From Candidatus Udaeobacter sp. (GTDB lineage: Bacteria > Patescibacteriota > Patescibacteriia > Magasanikbacterales > GWA2-37-8): DNA of 64,000 nucleotides. The first letter of the stretch is position 1. Each line of letters begins with the position of its first letter. The position numbers and the translations under genes are program-made. Below are positions 40,052-50,405 of this stretch, in pieces. The stretch is from the NCBI GenBank assembly GCA_035473115.1, contig DATION010000002.1:169374-233373 (forward strand), read 5' to 3'. Below the pieces are notes generated by a model. That model was not told the DNA's origin and searched no databases. It worked only from the letters and a program-made list of their open reading frames with translations.

Positions 40052-40213
40052 TTATTTCTTGACAATACTAAGAACTCCGCCATAAATTATCAAAACACCA
40101 AATATTGTCCATTTCAAACCATACTGATGCGAAATCCAGCCGCTGTAATAAGCTAAGGCGCAAATAACCGTAGCTAGCAGCGCTATCAGATGCCGAATAA
40201 GATTATCGGACAT
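40052..40213 (-). CDS. 53-aa two-TM membrane protein
   Basis: MSDNLIRHLIALLATVICALAYY...GGVLSIVKK; co-oriented with neighbours. Confidence 0.55.
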   Translation of the reverse strand: MSDNLIRHLIALLATVICALAYYSGWISHQYGLKWTIFGVLIIYGGVLSIVKK

Positions 40214-40331
40214 ATAGAATTTAATTACTAATAAACAACCGAGCTTACAACTTAAAATATTATATCATATTTATAGCAAAAACAAAACTCGTTTTTTAGA
40301 CGAGTTTTGTAAGTATTTAAAGTATAAATTA

Positions 40332-41249
40332 TTAGGCATTTTTACCCAAGCGCCAAGTTTGCGCCAATACCAACAGCGGACTAGCAATAAATATAGAAGA
40401 ATAAGCGCCGCTGGCAATACCGATAAGCAGAGCCAAAGCAAAATTATGAATTGTTGGACCACCCAAGAAATACAGAGCAAACAGAGGCAGCAAAGTAATT
40501 AAGGTTGTATTAATTGAACGCATCAAAGTTTGATTCAAACCCATATTCACCATTTCAGCAAAATTCTGGGCGCTATGATGGTTTAAGTTCTCTCTGATTC
40601 GGTCATAAACTACGATCGTATCGGTAACTGAATAACCTAACACAGTTAGCAAGGCTACCACAAAGCCAATATCAATTTCTATGCCTCTAAAATGGCCTAG
40701 GAGTGTAAATACCCCCACCACCAACATAACATCATGAATAAGGGCAATAATGGCCAAAACACCGTATTTCCAGCTGGCTACCGGTCTAGACACTCCACGG
40801 AACGCGTAAGCTACGTAGATAATAATACCCAAATTTACTAAAATTATAGCCGCAATAGCTCTTTGACGTAATTGACTACTGATAACTGAACCAATGGTTT
40901 GAAAATTTTCTTCATGGATTTCATTGCCATCAGTTTGATATTCAGCTCTTAAGTTGCTAAGAATAAATTGATGCTGATCTTCGGTCAAAAATTCAGTGCG
41001 AATAATATAACCATTGTCCCCTACTTTTTGAATAACCGCATTTGGCTGATGCAGATCAGCCAAAGTTTTTTGCATGCTTTCTACAGCCGGAATACTCTTG
41101 CTAAAGGTAAGTTCGGTTAAAGATCCGCCGGTAAAATCAATGCCTAACTTTAAACCTAAAAATATAAATAAGGTTATACAGGTTAAAACTGTCAGGGCGC
41201 TAATTGTTACCCAAACTTTTGTATACTTGATGAAAGGAATATTAATCAT
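40332..41249 (-). CDS. secF: Protein translocase subunit SecF
   Basis: LGIDFTGG, HDV, GYSVTDTIVVYDRIREN, RSINT motifs. Confidence 0.96.
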   Translation of the reverse strand: MINIPFIKYTKVWVTISALTVLTCITLFIFLGLKLGIDFTGGSLTELTFSKSIPAVESMQKTLADLHQPNAVIQKVGDNGYIIRTEFLTEDQHQFILSNLRAEYQTDGNEIHEENFQTIGSVISSQLRQRAIAAIILVNLGIIIYVAYAFRGVSRPVASWKYGVLAIIALIHDVMLVVGVFTLLGHFRGIEIDIGFVVALLTVLGYSVTDTIVVYDRIRENLNHHSAQNFAEMVNMGLNQTLMRSINTTLITLLPLFALYFLGGPTIHNFALALLIGIASGAYSSIFIASPLLVLAQTWRLGKNA

Positions 41250-41260
41250 AGAAGAATGAG

Positions 41261-43021
41261 TTATTTAATTTCTGATTCAACTGCTTTTGTCTGATGACCT
41301 AAAAATAACCAATTACCATTATCTTTAAACCAATGCAAAACTAAACGCATTATGGTGCGAGTAACAATAATCGCCGTAAACATACTGACTAACACACCAA
41401 TAGCCAAAGTAACAGCAAAACCTTTCACAAAACCGGTACCGAACCAAATGAGACAGACACAGCTGATAAGCGCACTCACATTACTATCACGAATTGACGG
41501 CCAAGCGCGGACGAAAGCTTCCTCCATAGCTGAGCGTAAATTTTTGCCCAAACGCAATTCTTCTTTTAGACGCTCAAACACCAAAACATTGGCATCCACC
41601 GCCACCCCGATAGACAGGACAAAACCGGCAATACCGGAAAGGGTAAGAGTAACACCAATCAATTTAAATATTGCCAAAGACACAGCTGCATAGGCCATCA
41701 AAGCCAAACCAGCCAAGACACCTGGCAAGCGATAGTAGAAAATCATGAAAATAATAACTGCTAGTAAACCAGCTACTCCGGCTTTGAAGCTTTTAGCCAA
41801 AGAATCTGACCCTAAAGTGGCGCCGATTTTCTGCTGACTGATTAAATCAACTGAAACCGGTAAAGCACCGGAATTCAAACGCTGAGCCAACAGTCTGGCT
41901 TCTTGAATAGAAAAACTTCCCGAAATAACGGCGCTGCCGGTTAAAATCGGCTCATTAACTCTTGGAATGCTAACTGGAGTGCCATCCAAAAATATGGCTA
42001 CCGGCTTGCCAATATTGCGTTTGGTTAGATCGGCAAACAGCTGTGTACCTTCATCATTGAATTGCAAATTTACCTGCACTTGGCCGGTGCGAGTATCTTG
42101 AGTTACTTCGGTTCTTTTTAATTGTTTACCGGATAAACCAGTGTTCTTCCATTGATCGGAGGCAGGCACAATGTCTATCGGCTGTTTTGTTTTTACAAAA
42201 ATTCTGGCAACGTTGTATAGTTTGGTTGGGGAAGCCGTTTGACCAGCTTCTTCCTTAACAGAAATTCTTTTAATAATATTTAAACCATCAAAACTTTTTA
42301 CCAGTTCTTTGCTTACTTCTCCGTCTTTATGAGCGTCAGCCCATTTATAAATATCGGGAAAAACTTCATTATCAATAAAACCTAAAGCGCCGCCATTAGT
42401 TTTGCTTCTTTCATCTTCGGAATATTTGGCTGCGACATCGGCAAAGTCTTGGCCTTTATTTACCGCTGCCAAAGCTTCTTTAATTTTTTTATCCGCTTGC
42501 GCGTTAAAATCATTCATCTCTTTTGTTTCAGCTGCAGTTAATTCTCTAAGCGGTTTATCATCGCCTTCTTTAAATTCCAAAATTGGCGTTTCCCCGATCA
42601 TTTTAATAGCTTGATTAACATCAGTTACGCCCGGCAATTCCACAATGATACGATAATCATTATTAGCAACTTTGGTTGTCTGCACCAAAGGTTCGGATAC
42701 TCCCAAACCACCGCGCACCCGGCGTTCAATCACATCGCGCACACCTTCAACTGCGCCAGCTCTGTCGCTGTCGGCTATAGTGTCAGTTTTGGCTTGATAG
42801 ATAAGATGGGCTCCGCCTTGCAGATCCAACCCTAAATTAAAACCGGAAGCAGGAAAGTTTGGCAAACCTACATTGGCTTTTTTATTTACCCAATCTATGC
42901 CTTTGTTGGCATAAACCGGAAATACAATTAACAGACAAAAAACAGTTAAAATAAAAATACTAAAAACGCGCCATTTTAATTTTTCTCTGGACAGAACTTT
43001 GACCTGATTTCTTACAGCCAT
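41261..43021 (-). CDS. secD: Protein translocase subunit SecD with inserted parvulin-like segment
   Basis: LGLDLQGG, VDANVLVFERLKEE motifs; FADVAAKYSED...GGALGF rotamase-like insert. Confidence 0.95.
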   Translation of the reverse strand: MAVRNQVKVLSREKLKWRVFSIFILTVFCLLIVFPVYANKGIDWVNKKANVGLPNFPASGFNLGLDLQGGAHLIYQAKTDTIADSDRAGAVEGVRDVIERRVRGGLGVSEPLVQTTKVANNDYRIIVELPGVTDVNQAIKMIGETPILEFKEGDDKPLRELTAAETKEMNDFNAQADKKIKEALAAVNKGQDFADVAAKYSEDERSKTNGGALGFIDNEVFPDIYKWADAHKDGEVSKELVKSFDGLNIIKRISVKEEAGQTASPTKLYNVARIFVKTKQPIDIVPASDQWKNTGLSGKQLKRTEVTQDTRTGQVQVNLQFNDEGTQLFADLTKRNIGKPVAIFLDGTPVSIPRVNEPILTGSAVISGSFSIQEARLLAQRLNSGALPVSVDLISQQKIGATLGSDSLAKSFKAGVAGLLAVIIFMIFYYRLPGVLAGLALMAYAAVSLAIFKLIGVTLTLSGIAGFVLSIGVAVDANVLVFERLKEELRLGKNLRSAMEEAFVRAWPSIRDSNVSALISCVCLIWFGTGFVKGFAVTLAIGVLVSMFTAIIVTRTIMRLVLHWFKDNGNWLFLGHQTKAVESEIK

Positions 43022-43106
43022 AAAAAAGGAGTTAGTTAAGTGCTAATTAATTTGGACTAATCTTAATGTATTTAGCTATTTTTGGCAAGGGGATAAAACC
43101 AGGTCG

Positions 43107-43317
43107 TTACTCTCCAATATATTCAAACCGAGGCATAGTTTTTCCGTCTATTTCAACATTCTCTATAAACATTGCCAAAGGCCGTACCCATAAACCATGA
43201 TCGTCGTAGAGTTTTCTATATACAACCAATTCTTCCATGGTTTCACTATGCTTGGCTACTCCCAAAACCTGATAATCTTTACCTTTATAATGACGGTATT
43301 TGCCGAGTTTTAACATA
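43107..43317 (-). CDS. DUF1653 protein
   Basis: GKYRHYKG, HSET, LWVRPLAMF, RF motifs; start approximate. Confidence 0.85.
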
Positions 43318-43327
43318 CCCATTAATT

Positions 43328-46129
43328 TTAAGCTCCATGGCATTTTTTGAATTTTTTTCCGCTTCCGCATGAACACAAATCATTGCGGCCGATAACTTTT
43401 CCTGATTCATCTGTTTTTTTACCGGTAGCAATATGAGTTTCTTCACTACTGCTAGTTTTGGCAGCGCCGCTGAAGTTTAGCGCGTTACTATTCATTACCG
43501 ATGGCGCCATTTGAATCCCCAGATTAACTTTATAAATCAGATAAACAACTTCTTTTTGAATAAAATTAATTAGTTCATTAAACATGCGGAAAGTTTCTTT
43601 TTTGTATTCTACCAGTGGATCATGCTGGCCATAACCGCGCAGTCCTATACCGGTACGCAAATAATCTACGGCCACCAAATGTTCTACCCACAAATTATCT
43701 ATAGCGCGCAACAAAACCTGTTTTTCTATTTCTAGCAACATCATTGGATCAGGCACAGTCTTTTCTAGTAAAGTTTCATATTTTTTATTAGCCAATTCCA
43801 CCAAATAGTCGATTATTTTATTGCGCAATTCAATATCATCTAACTTTTCTCCTCTGGCTCCGGAAGCTAATTCTTCAATTGTTTTTCTTTCTTCATCGGC
43901 TAATGGGAAAATTGTAGTTATGGTCTGAGTTATTTCTTTGACGTTCCATTCTTTTCTATCTTCGGTATTGGTATGAAACGAGATTACCTGTTCTATTTCT
44001 TGCTCAATCATATCCAAAATCATTTCCCGCATGGTTCTGGAACCTTCCGGCAAAGTTTTATTTGATTTAGCGAAATCATGCTGGGTAGCGTCCATTGAAA
44101 CCCAGCGCTTTTCCATTTCAAACGCGTTTAAAATTTCTCGGCGCTTGCCATAGATAACTTCACGGTGACGATTTAATACATCATCGTATTCCAACAAATG
44201 TTTACGGGTATCAAAATGAATGCCTTCCACTTTTTTCTGGGCGGATTCTATAATACGAGTAATCATCCCCTGCTCTATCGGCATATCATCGGGAACTTTT
44301 AAAGTTTCCATTACTTTGCGGATACGATCACCGGCAAAAATACGCATTAAATCGTCTTGGGTAGAAAGATAAAATTGCGATTCACCCGGATCACCCTGAC
44401 GGCCACTGCGGCCGCGCAGCTGATTATCGATACGGCGACTTTCGTGGCGTTCAGTACCAATAACATGCAGACCACCGGCAGCGCGCACTTTTTCGGCTTC
44501 AGCCGGATCTGGCGGATTGCCGCCTAAAATAATATCCACACCGCGGCCAGCCATATTGGTTGCTAAAGTAACTGCGCCAGCGCGGCCAGCTTGAGCAATA
44601 ATCTCACCTTCACGTTCATGATTTTTGGCGTTTAAAATTTCATGCTTGATTCCTTCTCTTTCCAAATACAAACTAAGCTCTTCGTTTTTATCAACGGCAA
44701 TTGTACCAATCAAAACCGGCTGGCCTTTGACCTGTAATTCTTTTACTTTCAAAGCAATCGCTTTGTATTTTGCTTCTTCAGTTTTATAAATTCTGTCCGG
44801 ATAATTTATTCTTTGATTTTTTCTGTTTGGCGGAATAACTACTACTTCTAATTTATAAATTTTACCAAATTCTTCCGCTTCGGTAACCGCGGTACCAGTC
44901 ATGCCGGATAATTTTTCGTAAAGACGGAAATAATTTTGGAAGGTAACCGTAGCCATAGTCTGGCTTTCTTGCTGAATCTTTACGCCCTCTTGAGCTTCTA
45001 TAGCCTGGTGCAGACCTTCGCTGTAGCGGCGGCCAGGCATTTTGCGGCCGGTAAATTCATCAACGATTATTACTTCGCCATTTTCTACGATATAATCGCG
45101 ATCTTTTTTAAATAAAGCATAAGCGCGCAAAGCTTGTTCTAAGTGATGAACGGTTTTAATGCCGCCTTCGGCATAAATATTGTCTATGCCCAACATTTTT
45201 TCCATTTTGGTTATACCAACTTCGGTAAGCGTGGAGGAACGCATTTTTTCATCAACATTATAATCTTCATTTTCTTTTAATTTTTTTACCAAATCGGCAA
45301 ACTGATAATACATGTCAGCCGCTTCTTCGGCTGGAGCAGAAATAATTAGCGGGGTGCGAGCTTCATCAATTAAAATCGAATCAACTTCATCAACAATCGC
45401 AAAATAAAACGGCCGTTGAGACATCTCGGCTTTATTTTGCACCATATTGTCGCGCAAATAATCAAAACCAAATTCATTATTGGTGCCGTAAGTAATATCA
45501 CAAGCATAGGCTTGCTGACGAGTACAAGCTTCCAAATATTCTGTTTCCACTTTAAACATGCCTTTGGCATCACGCTCTTTATCTGGCGCGCTGCCTTCGG
45601 ATAAATCTTCTTCCGGCTTAATTGATTTTTGGGCGTTATATTTAAATGAAACTAATTGTTGTTGGATAATACCAACGCTTAGTCCAAGAGCGTCATAAAT
45701 TTGACTCATCCAAACTGCATCGCGTTTAGCCAAGTAATCGTTGACAGTGACCACGTGCACGCCTTTGCCGGCTAAAGCATTTAAATATATTGGCAAAGTT
45801 CCCACCAAAGTTTTACCTTCACCGGTGCCCATTTCGGCAATACTGCCGCGATGCAAAACAACACCACCGATTAGCTGCACATCAAAATGACGCATGCCAG
45901 TCAAACGCTTGGAAGTTTCGCGGACAACCGCAAAGGCTTCGGGTAAAATATCGTCTAAAGTTTCACCATTAGCCAAACGGCCTTTAAATTCATCAGTTTT
46001 GCTGCGCAAATCAGCCAAAGTTAATTTGACCATTTCCGCTTCTAATGAATTTATTTTTTCAATTATCGGCTGGATACTCTTGACCACTTTGGCGTTGGGG
46101 TCTCCAAAAATTTTGGTTAAAAATGACAT
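43328..46129 (-). CDS. secA: Preprotein translocase ATPase SecA
   Basis: MGTGEGKT, VDEVDSILIDEARTP, RSGRQGDPG, C-terminal SEC-C motif. Confidence 0.98.
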   Translation of the reverse strand: MSFLTKIFGDPNAKVVKSIQPIIEKINSLEAEMVKLTLADLRSKTDEFKGRLANGETLDDILPEAFAVVRETSKRLTGMRHFDVQLIGGVVLHRGSIAEMGTGEGKTLVGTLPIYLNALAGKGVHVVTVNDYLAKRDAVWMSQIYDALGLSVGIIQQQLVSFKYNAQKSIKPEEDLSEGSAPDKERDAKGMFKVETEYLEACTRQQAYACDITYGTNNEFGFDYLRDNMVQNKAEMSQRPFYFAIVDEVDSILIDEARTPLIISAPAEEAADMYYQFADLVKKLKENEDYNVDEKMRSSTLTEVGITKMEKMLGIDNIYAEGGIKTVHHLEQALRAYALFKKDRDYIVENGEVIIVDEFTGRKMPGRRYSEGLHQAIEAQEGVKIQQESQTMATVTFQNYFRLYEKLSGMTGTAVTEAEEFGKIYKLEVVVIPPNRKNQRINYPDRIYKTEEAKYKAIALKVKELQVKGQPVLIGTIAVDKNEELSLYLEREGIKHEILNAKNHEREGEIIAQAGRAGAVTLATNMAGRGVDIILGGNPPDPAEAEKVRAAGGLHVIGTERHESRRIDNQLRGRSGRQGDPGESQFYLSTQDDLMRIFAGDRIRKVMETLKVPDDMPIEQGMITRIIESAQKKVEGIHFDTRKHLLEYDDVLNRHREVIYGKRREILNAFEMEKRWVSMDATQHDFAKSNKTLPEGSRTMREMILDMIEQEIEQVISFHTNTEDRKEWNVKEITQTITTIFPLADEERKTIEELASGARGEKLDDIELRNKIIDYLVELANKKYETLLEKTVPDPMMLLEIEKQVLLRAIDNLWVEHLVAVDYLRTGIGLRGYGQHDPLVEYKKETFRMFNELINFIQKEVVYLIYKVNLGIQMAPSVMNSNALNFSGAAKTSSSEETHIATGKKTDESGKVIGRNDLCSCGSGKKFKKCHGA
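44061..44107 (-). repeat. Family B hairpin element in-frame in secA
   Basis: Encodes RWVSMDATQHDFAKS; compensatory stem changes relative to the 36988 copy. Confidence 0.8.
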
Positions 46130-46201
46130 ATTTTAATTGAGTAAAATTCAAAAAATTAGCCTCTAACAGCTAACCTATTTTATCATAGTAAAGCTAAATA
46201 A

Positions 46202-46504
46202 TCAAGGTTTGGCCAAATAGCCTTTTATCCTCTCGCCTTCTCTTTCTACCACCTCGCCGTCATATTCTCCGGAATGAGCCGTGACACCTTCGTAGATTGG
46301 CCGTTTTTGATCTAAATGCAAATTAAAAACAATCGCTTCGTTTTCAAGTTGAATATAAACATGGAAGCGCGGATAAAAATCTCGGTGAATCCGCTTGGCA
46401 TAACTAATTTTATTCATCCGGCGATCAATAATCTTGGCATAGCCGCAGCGGCGGATAAACTGTTCCGGATCGCTTATCTGTTCTTTTTTTACTCTGATTA
46501 TCAT
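46202..46504 (-). CDS. Conserved hypothetical protein
   Basis: YPRFHVY, NLHLDQK, HSGEYDG pattern; probable start at MIIRVK. Confidence 0.7.
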   Translation of the reverse strand: MIIRVKKEQISDPEQFIRRCGYAKIIDRRMNKISYAKRIHRDFYPRFHVYIQLENEAIVFNLHLDQKRPIYEGVTAHSGEYDGEVVEREGERIKGYLAKP

Positions 46505-46511
46505 AAAAAAT

Positions 46512-47057
46512 TTAAATACTGACAAAGCAACTTCGACAAACCGGCTGGTAGGTAAAAGTTCCATCATCAGGGATTACCGGCGGCATACCTTGGGTAATGG
46601 GCAAACCTTTATTAAAAACTTGCGAATAAACTGCCGTCGGCTGACGGCAAACTTCACAAACTGCTCGCTTATACCTGACTTCTTTTGGACCTAATTCCAA
46701 CAGGCCTTTGATAATATCAAACATCTTGCCTCGATAATCCATATCCAGTCCCGCAGCCACAACTTTTACGCCTTTATTTAACAATTCAGCCACCGCCAAA
46801 ACATCTTTTGGATCAAACATATGCAATTCATCCAAACCGACCACCGAAAAATTTTTATCTAAAACATCTTTTAAGGTATTGATTTTTTTGGATTCTATTA
46901 TCACTCCATTGCGCGAAGAGATATGCTCATCGCGAACATTGCGGCTGGACTGATAAAGCACGTGAGAAATATCCGTATATTTTAAAGGCGCAAAATAACT
47001 GATCAAATCAAAAGATTTCCCGCTCTTCATTGGCCCCAAAATTAAAGTTAAATCCAT
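46512..47057 (-). CDS. tdk: Thymidine kinase
   Basis: GPMKSGKS, LDELHMF, GLDMDYRG, terminal CRSC. Confidence 0.92.
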   Translation of the reverse strand: MDLTLILGPMKSGKSFDLISYFAPLKYTDISHVLYQSSRNVRDEHISSRNGVIIESKKINTLKDVLDKNFSVVGLDELHMFDPKDVLAVAELLNKGVKVVAAGLDMDYRGKMFDIIKGLLELGPKEVRYKRAVCEVCRQPTAVYSQVFNKGLPITQGMPPVIPDDGTFTYQPVCRSCFVSI

Positions 47058-47205
47058 AATTAAATTCCGTTAATTTCAGCCATATTATATCACACTTAAA
47101 TTAACAGAGTCGTCCCAAGCCAAAACTCGGAACGACCCGCCGAACGAATTTCCCCATGGTCCACCTATTTCTAAAATTAACTTCATAAGCAGATCCTTAA
47201 GCTAA

Positions 47206-48039
47206 CTAGAATGGTATTTCAGCCTGGAGAAACCCTCCAAATAACCACTTATTTTTTTTGACCAAACCTCCGTTTAGTTTAAAAGAGAGTTTGAAGTTTT
47301 CTCCATTCCATTTGATTCCGGGAACAAGCGATCCGGAGTTTGCCCACTTTTCAATAACCCGATTAACTATCTTTGTTTGATCAACTTTCAAGATCTCAAG
47401 AAGATGTCTCGTTTCTTCATCAACATTGAAGCGAAACACCATATGAATTCTTTGGTATGAGGCGCCAAAGATAAAAGAGAGGTTATGCCATCCAGACTGG
47501 ATTTCAACACCTGCCTCAACATTCCCCATTTCTAATCTACCATTACTAGATAGACGACCAGCCGCTAAATATGTAAGATCTACAGGCCCATTACCGAAAT
47601 CGTAACTCACTGCTTGCAATTCAAATCTGTTGGCATTGGCGATTTCCACTCCCGCCAACACAAAAAGTTCTACAGATTGATGGACTTTGAACGAAGCTCC
47701 CAACGATTCCATAATGCCCATAGTTCTATAGGCGGCGGCACCGCTCAAGTCAGAAGTCAGATAGGAGACATCCAGCGTACCATAACTAATAGCCGACTCC
47801 ATTGCTAGAGTCAGCCAGGAGCGCCTATTGTAGTTGCATCTAACCCCTAGAGACAGGTTTTTTCTGTCTAAATTCCCAGCTCCGCTATCTCCACTGAACT
47901 CACCAGCCAAGTATTGAGCCTGACTGTAGATGCTGCACCAAGTTCTTCTTTCGTCAGTTTTGTCTTCAGCCCAAGTGGTGCGGACTGTGACAAGAATGAC
48001 TAGACAGGTAAACAGTTTTATCAAAGAGCGGCTCTTCAT
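47206..48039 (-). CDS. Orphan secreted protein resembling an outer-membrane beta-barrel (SD-led class)
   Basis: AGGAGG SD; TTGACA-17-TAGACT promoter; signal peptide; amphipathic beta strands; ends GGFLQAEIPF. Confidence 0.6.
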   Translation of the reverse strand: MKSRSLIKLFTCLVILVTVRTTWAEDKTDERRTWCSIYSQAQYLAGEFSGDSGAGNLDRKNLSLGVRCNYNRRSWLTLAMESAISYGTLDVSYLTSDLSGAAAYRTMGIMESLGASFKVHQSVELFVLAGVEIANANRFELQAVSYDFGNGPVDLTYLAAGRLSSNGRLEMGNVEAGVEIQSGWHNLSFIFGASYQRIHMVFRFNVDEETRHLLEILKVDQTKIVNRVIEKWANSGSLVPGIKWNGENFKLSFKLNGGLVKKNKWLFGGFLQAEIPF

Positions 48040-48144
48040 GGTGATTCCTCCTAATATTTAGTCTAAGGTTAGAAAAGATTTATGTCAAACAAAAAGCGGT
48101 GTTTATTTTATAAAATAAACACCGCTTTTAAAATTCTAAAAAAA

Positions 48145-48333
48145 TTAACCCATTGTTTCATCTTGATCACCCAGAACCTTGTCCATTCCTTCTTCTTCCT
48201 CTGCTGGATCTGGCGAAAATTCATCTAGACCGGCCGGAGCTAGCCGACCATTTTTACTATCTTTATTATGAGCATTTTTATTTTCTGCTAGCTCTTTCAA
48301 ATAATTTTGAAATGCTCCAGTTGTTTCTGGCAT
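48145..48333 (-). CDS. Small acidic hypothetical protein
   Basis: 62-aa ORF followed by a terminator at 48091-48129. Confidence 0.5.
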   Translation of the reverse strand: MPETTGAFQNYLKELAENKNAHNKDSKNGRLAPAGLDEFSPDPAEEEEGMDKVLGDQDETMG

Positions 48334-48407
48334 ATATTTAAAAAAATTAAAGTTAAAATTTATACGACCATTATACGCGAAAGGTTTACAACTGTCAACA
48401 TCTGACT

Positions 48408-48950
48408 TTACTTATAAAATTGAGCGTATTTTTGTCTAAATTTAGCCAATTTTGGAGCAATCACAGCTTGGCAATAAGCTTGCTCCGGATTTTTAGCAAA
48501 ATACTGCTGGTGATAATCTTCAGCCGGATAAAAATCCTTAAGCGAATAAAGTTCGGTCACAATCGGCTGGTCATAAACCCTTTCCTCGGCCAGATCTTTC
48601 ATAATTTTATCGGCAATATCGTATTGTTCTTTAGTATTATAAAAAATCGCGGAGCGGTACTGGGTGCCAATATCATTTCCCTGACGATCCGGCGTAGTTG
48701 GGTTATGAATTAAAAAAAAGATATGCAAAATATCGTCTAAAGTTATCACAGCCGGATCATAAGAAATTTTTACCACTTCAGCATGACCAGTTCGGCCGCC
48801 GCTAACTTCTTCGTAAGTTGGATTTTTGGTTTTGCCGCCAGCGTATCCGGAGACTGCAGAAATAATTCCTTTGGTATGAGAATAAGCGGCTTCAACACAC
48901 CAAAAGCAGCCGCCACCCAAAACTATTGATTGAATATTTTTATCGGACAT
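48408..48950 (-). CDS. msrA: Peptide-methionine (S)-S-oxide reductase
   Basis: GGGCFWC, GHAEVV, QGNDIGTQYRS, AEDYHQ motifs. Confidence 0.97.
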   Translation of the reverse strand: MSDKNIQSIVLGGGCFWCVEAAYSHTKGIISAVSGYAGGKTKNPTYEEVSGGRTGHAEVVKISYDPAVITLDDILHIFFLIHNPTTPDRQGNDIGTQYRSAIFYNTKEQYDIADKIMKDLAEERVYDQPIVTELYSLKDFYPAEDYHQQYFAKNPEQAYCQAVIAPKLAKFRQKYAQFYK

Positions 48951-49050
48951 ATTATCTAAAGAATTTATTTACAAATTTAATAATAATTCATTATAGCACG
49001 CTTTTAAATTAAAACAGAAGTATTTTTCGTACTTCTGTTTTATTTGATAT

Positions 49051-50358
49051 TTAGTAGCGTCTGCGAAAATTTTTATTCCCTCCGGAACTGCCGCCGCCTT
49101 GTGGTTTTCTATGGCCATGAAAATTTCCTCCTCCGGTAGGGCCTCGGCGCGGAGCTCGGTTACGCCCTTGAAAACCGGAAGTTTCTTCATAATGATCCGC
49201 TGCGACTGCGCGGCGCGGTGGCAAAACCGGCAGCGGTTTAACTGGGATAGTTTTTTTGATTAATTTTTCAATATGTCTGATATCTACCCACTCTTGCGGA
49301 GAAGCAAAAGATATGGCCTTGCCAAAACTTTGCGCCCGGCCGGTACGGCCAATACGATGCACATAATCTTCGGTGTTATCCGGCAAATCATAATTTATCA
49401 CCAAAGAAATTCCGGTTACATCTATGCCGCGGGAAGCAATATCAGTGGCCACCAGTACACGGAATCTGCCGGTTTTAAATCCTTCCAAAGCCATCTTGCG
49501 TTGAGATAAAGATTTATTGGAATGGATTTCGGAAGCAGTATGCCCCATAGCGCGCACGCCGTTAGCAATCCTTTTAGCACCATGTTTGGTGCGAGAAAAA
49601 AGTAAAACAGAACCTTTATTATCTTCTAAAACTTTCTCCAAAAGCTGCATCTTGGCATCTTTGTTCACAATAAAAATTTCTTGTTCCACATTTTTTGCCG
49701 AAGTTCCAGCCGGAGCCACTTCAATACGCAACGGTGTTTTCATAAATCTATTGGCTATGTCGGCAATTGCTTGCGGCATAGTGGCGGAAAACATTAAAGT
49801 TTGACGTTCGCGTGGCACCATTGCCAAAATCTGTTTGATTTGCGGCATAAAACCAATATCAAACATGCGGTCAGCTTCATCCAAAACTACCATCTTCATT
49901 CTGTTTAAAGTAAGATTTTTTTGCTGAATATGATCCATCAATCTACCAGGAGTAGAGACGATAATATGAGGACCTCGGGCTAACATCTGTCTTTGCTGGT
50001 AAGCCGAAGCACCACCAATAAGCACAGCAGTTCTAAGTCCAATTGGTCGGCCAATTTTCTGCAAAACTTCATCAACTTGCAAAGCTAATTCGCGGGTTGG
50101 CAGCAAAACTAAACCTTGGCCATTACCTACAACTTGGGAAAGAATTTGAATCATTGGGATACCGAAAGCCAAAGTCTTGCCGGTGCCGGTTTGAGCGATA
50201 CCAACAATATCTTTGCCCTGTAAGGCATGAGGAATACATTGGTGCTGAATAGGAGTCGGCGTAACAAATTTTAACCGCTCAAGATTGTCGAGCAGTTTTG
50301 GAGCAATGCCAAGGTCGCTAAAACGAGCTTGGGATGGCGTATTCTGTGTCATCGTCAT
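49051..50358 (-). CDS. DEAD-box RNA helicase (RhlE-like)
   Basis: AQTGTGKT, PTRELA, DEAD, SAT, HRIGRTGR motifs; basic Gly-rich tail. Confidence 0.96.
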   Translation of the reverse strand: MTMTQNTPSQARFSDLGIAPKLLDNLERLKFVTPTPIQHQCIPHALQGKDIVGIAQTGTGKTLAFGIPMIQILSQVVGNGQGLVLLPTRELALQVDEVLQKIGRPIGLRTAVLIGGASAYQQRQMLARGPHIIVSTPGRLMDHIQQKNLTLNRMKMVVLDEADRMFDIGFMPQIKQILAMVPRERQTLMFSATMPQAIADIANRFMKTPLRIEVAPAGTSAKNVEQEIFIVNKDAKMQLLEKVLEDNKGSVLLFSRTKHGAKRIANGVRAMGHTASEIHSNKSLSQRKMALEGFKTGRFRVLVATDIASRGIDVTGISLVINYDLPDNTEDYVHRIGRTGRAQSFGKAISFASPQEWVDIRHIEKLIKKTIPVKPLPVLPPRRAVAADHYEETSGFQGRNRAPRRGPTGGGNFHGHRKPQGGGSSGGNKNFRRRY

Positions 50359-50368
50359 ATTTTTAGTG

Positions 50369-50405
50369 GGACGCTTAGCGTCCTAAAAACCACGCTGAGC
50401 GTGGT
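50369..50405 (-). repeat. Tandem ACGC-TNA-GCGT hairpin pair (family D) in the DEAD-box 5' UTR
   Basis: GGACGCTTAGCGTCC and ACCACGCTGAGCGTGGT on the plus strand. Confidence 0.65.

Noticed and set aside
45545-45665. About 35-aa insertion in SecA NBD1, and the parvulin-like insert in SecD
   Set aside because: Neither shows intein or repeat hallmarks; they look like lineage-level variable regions.
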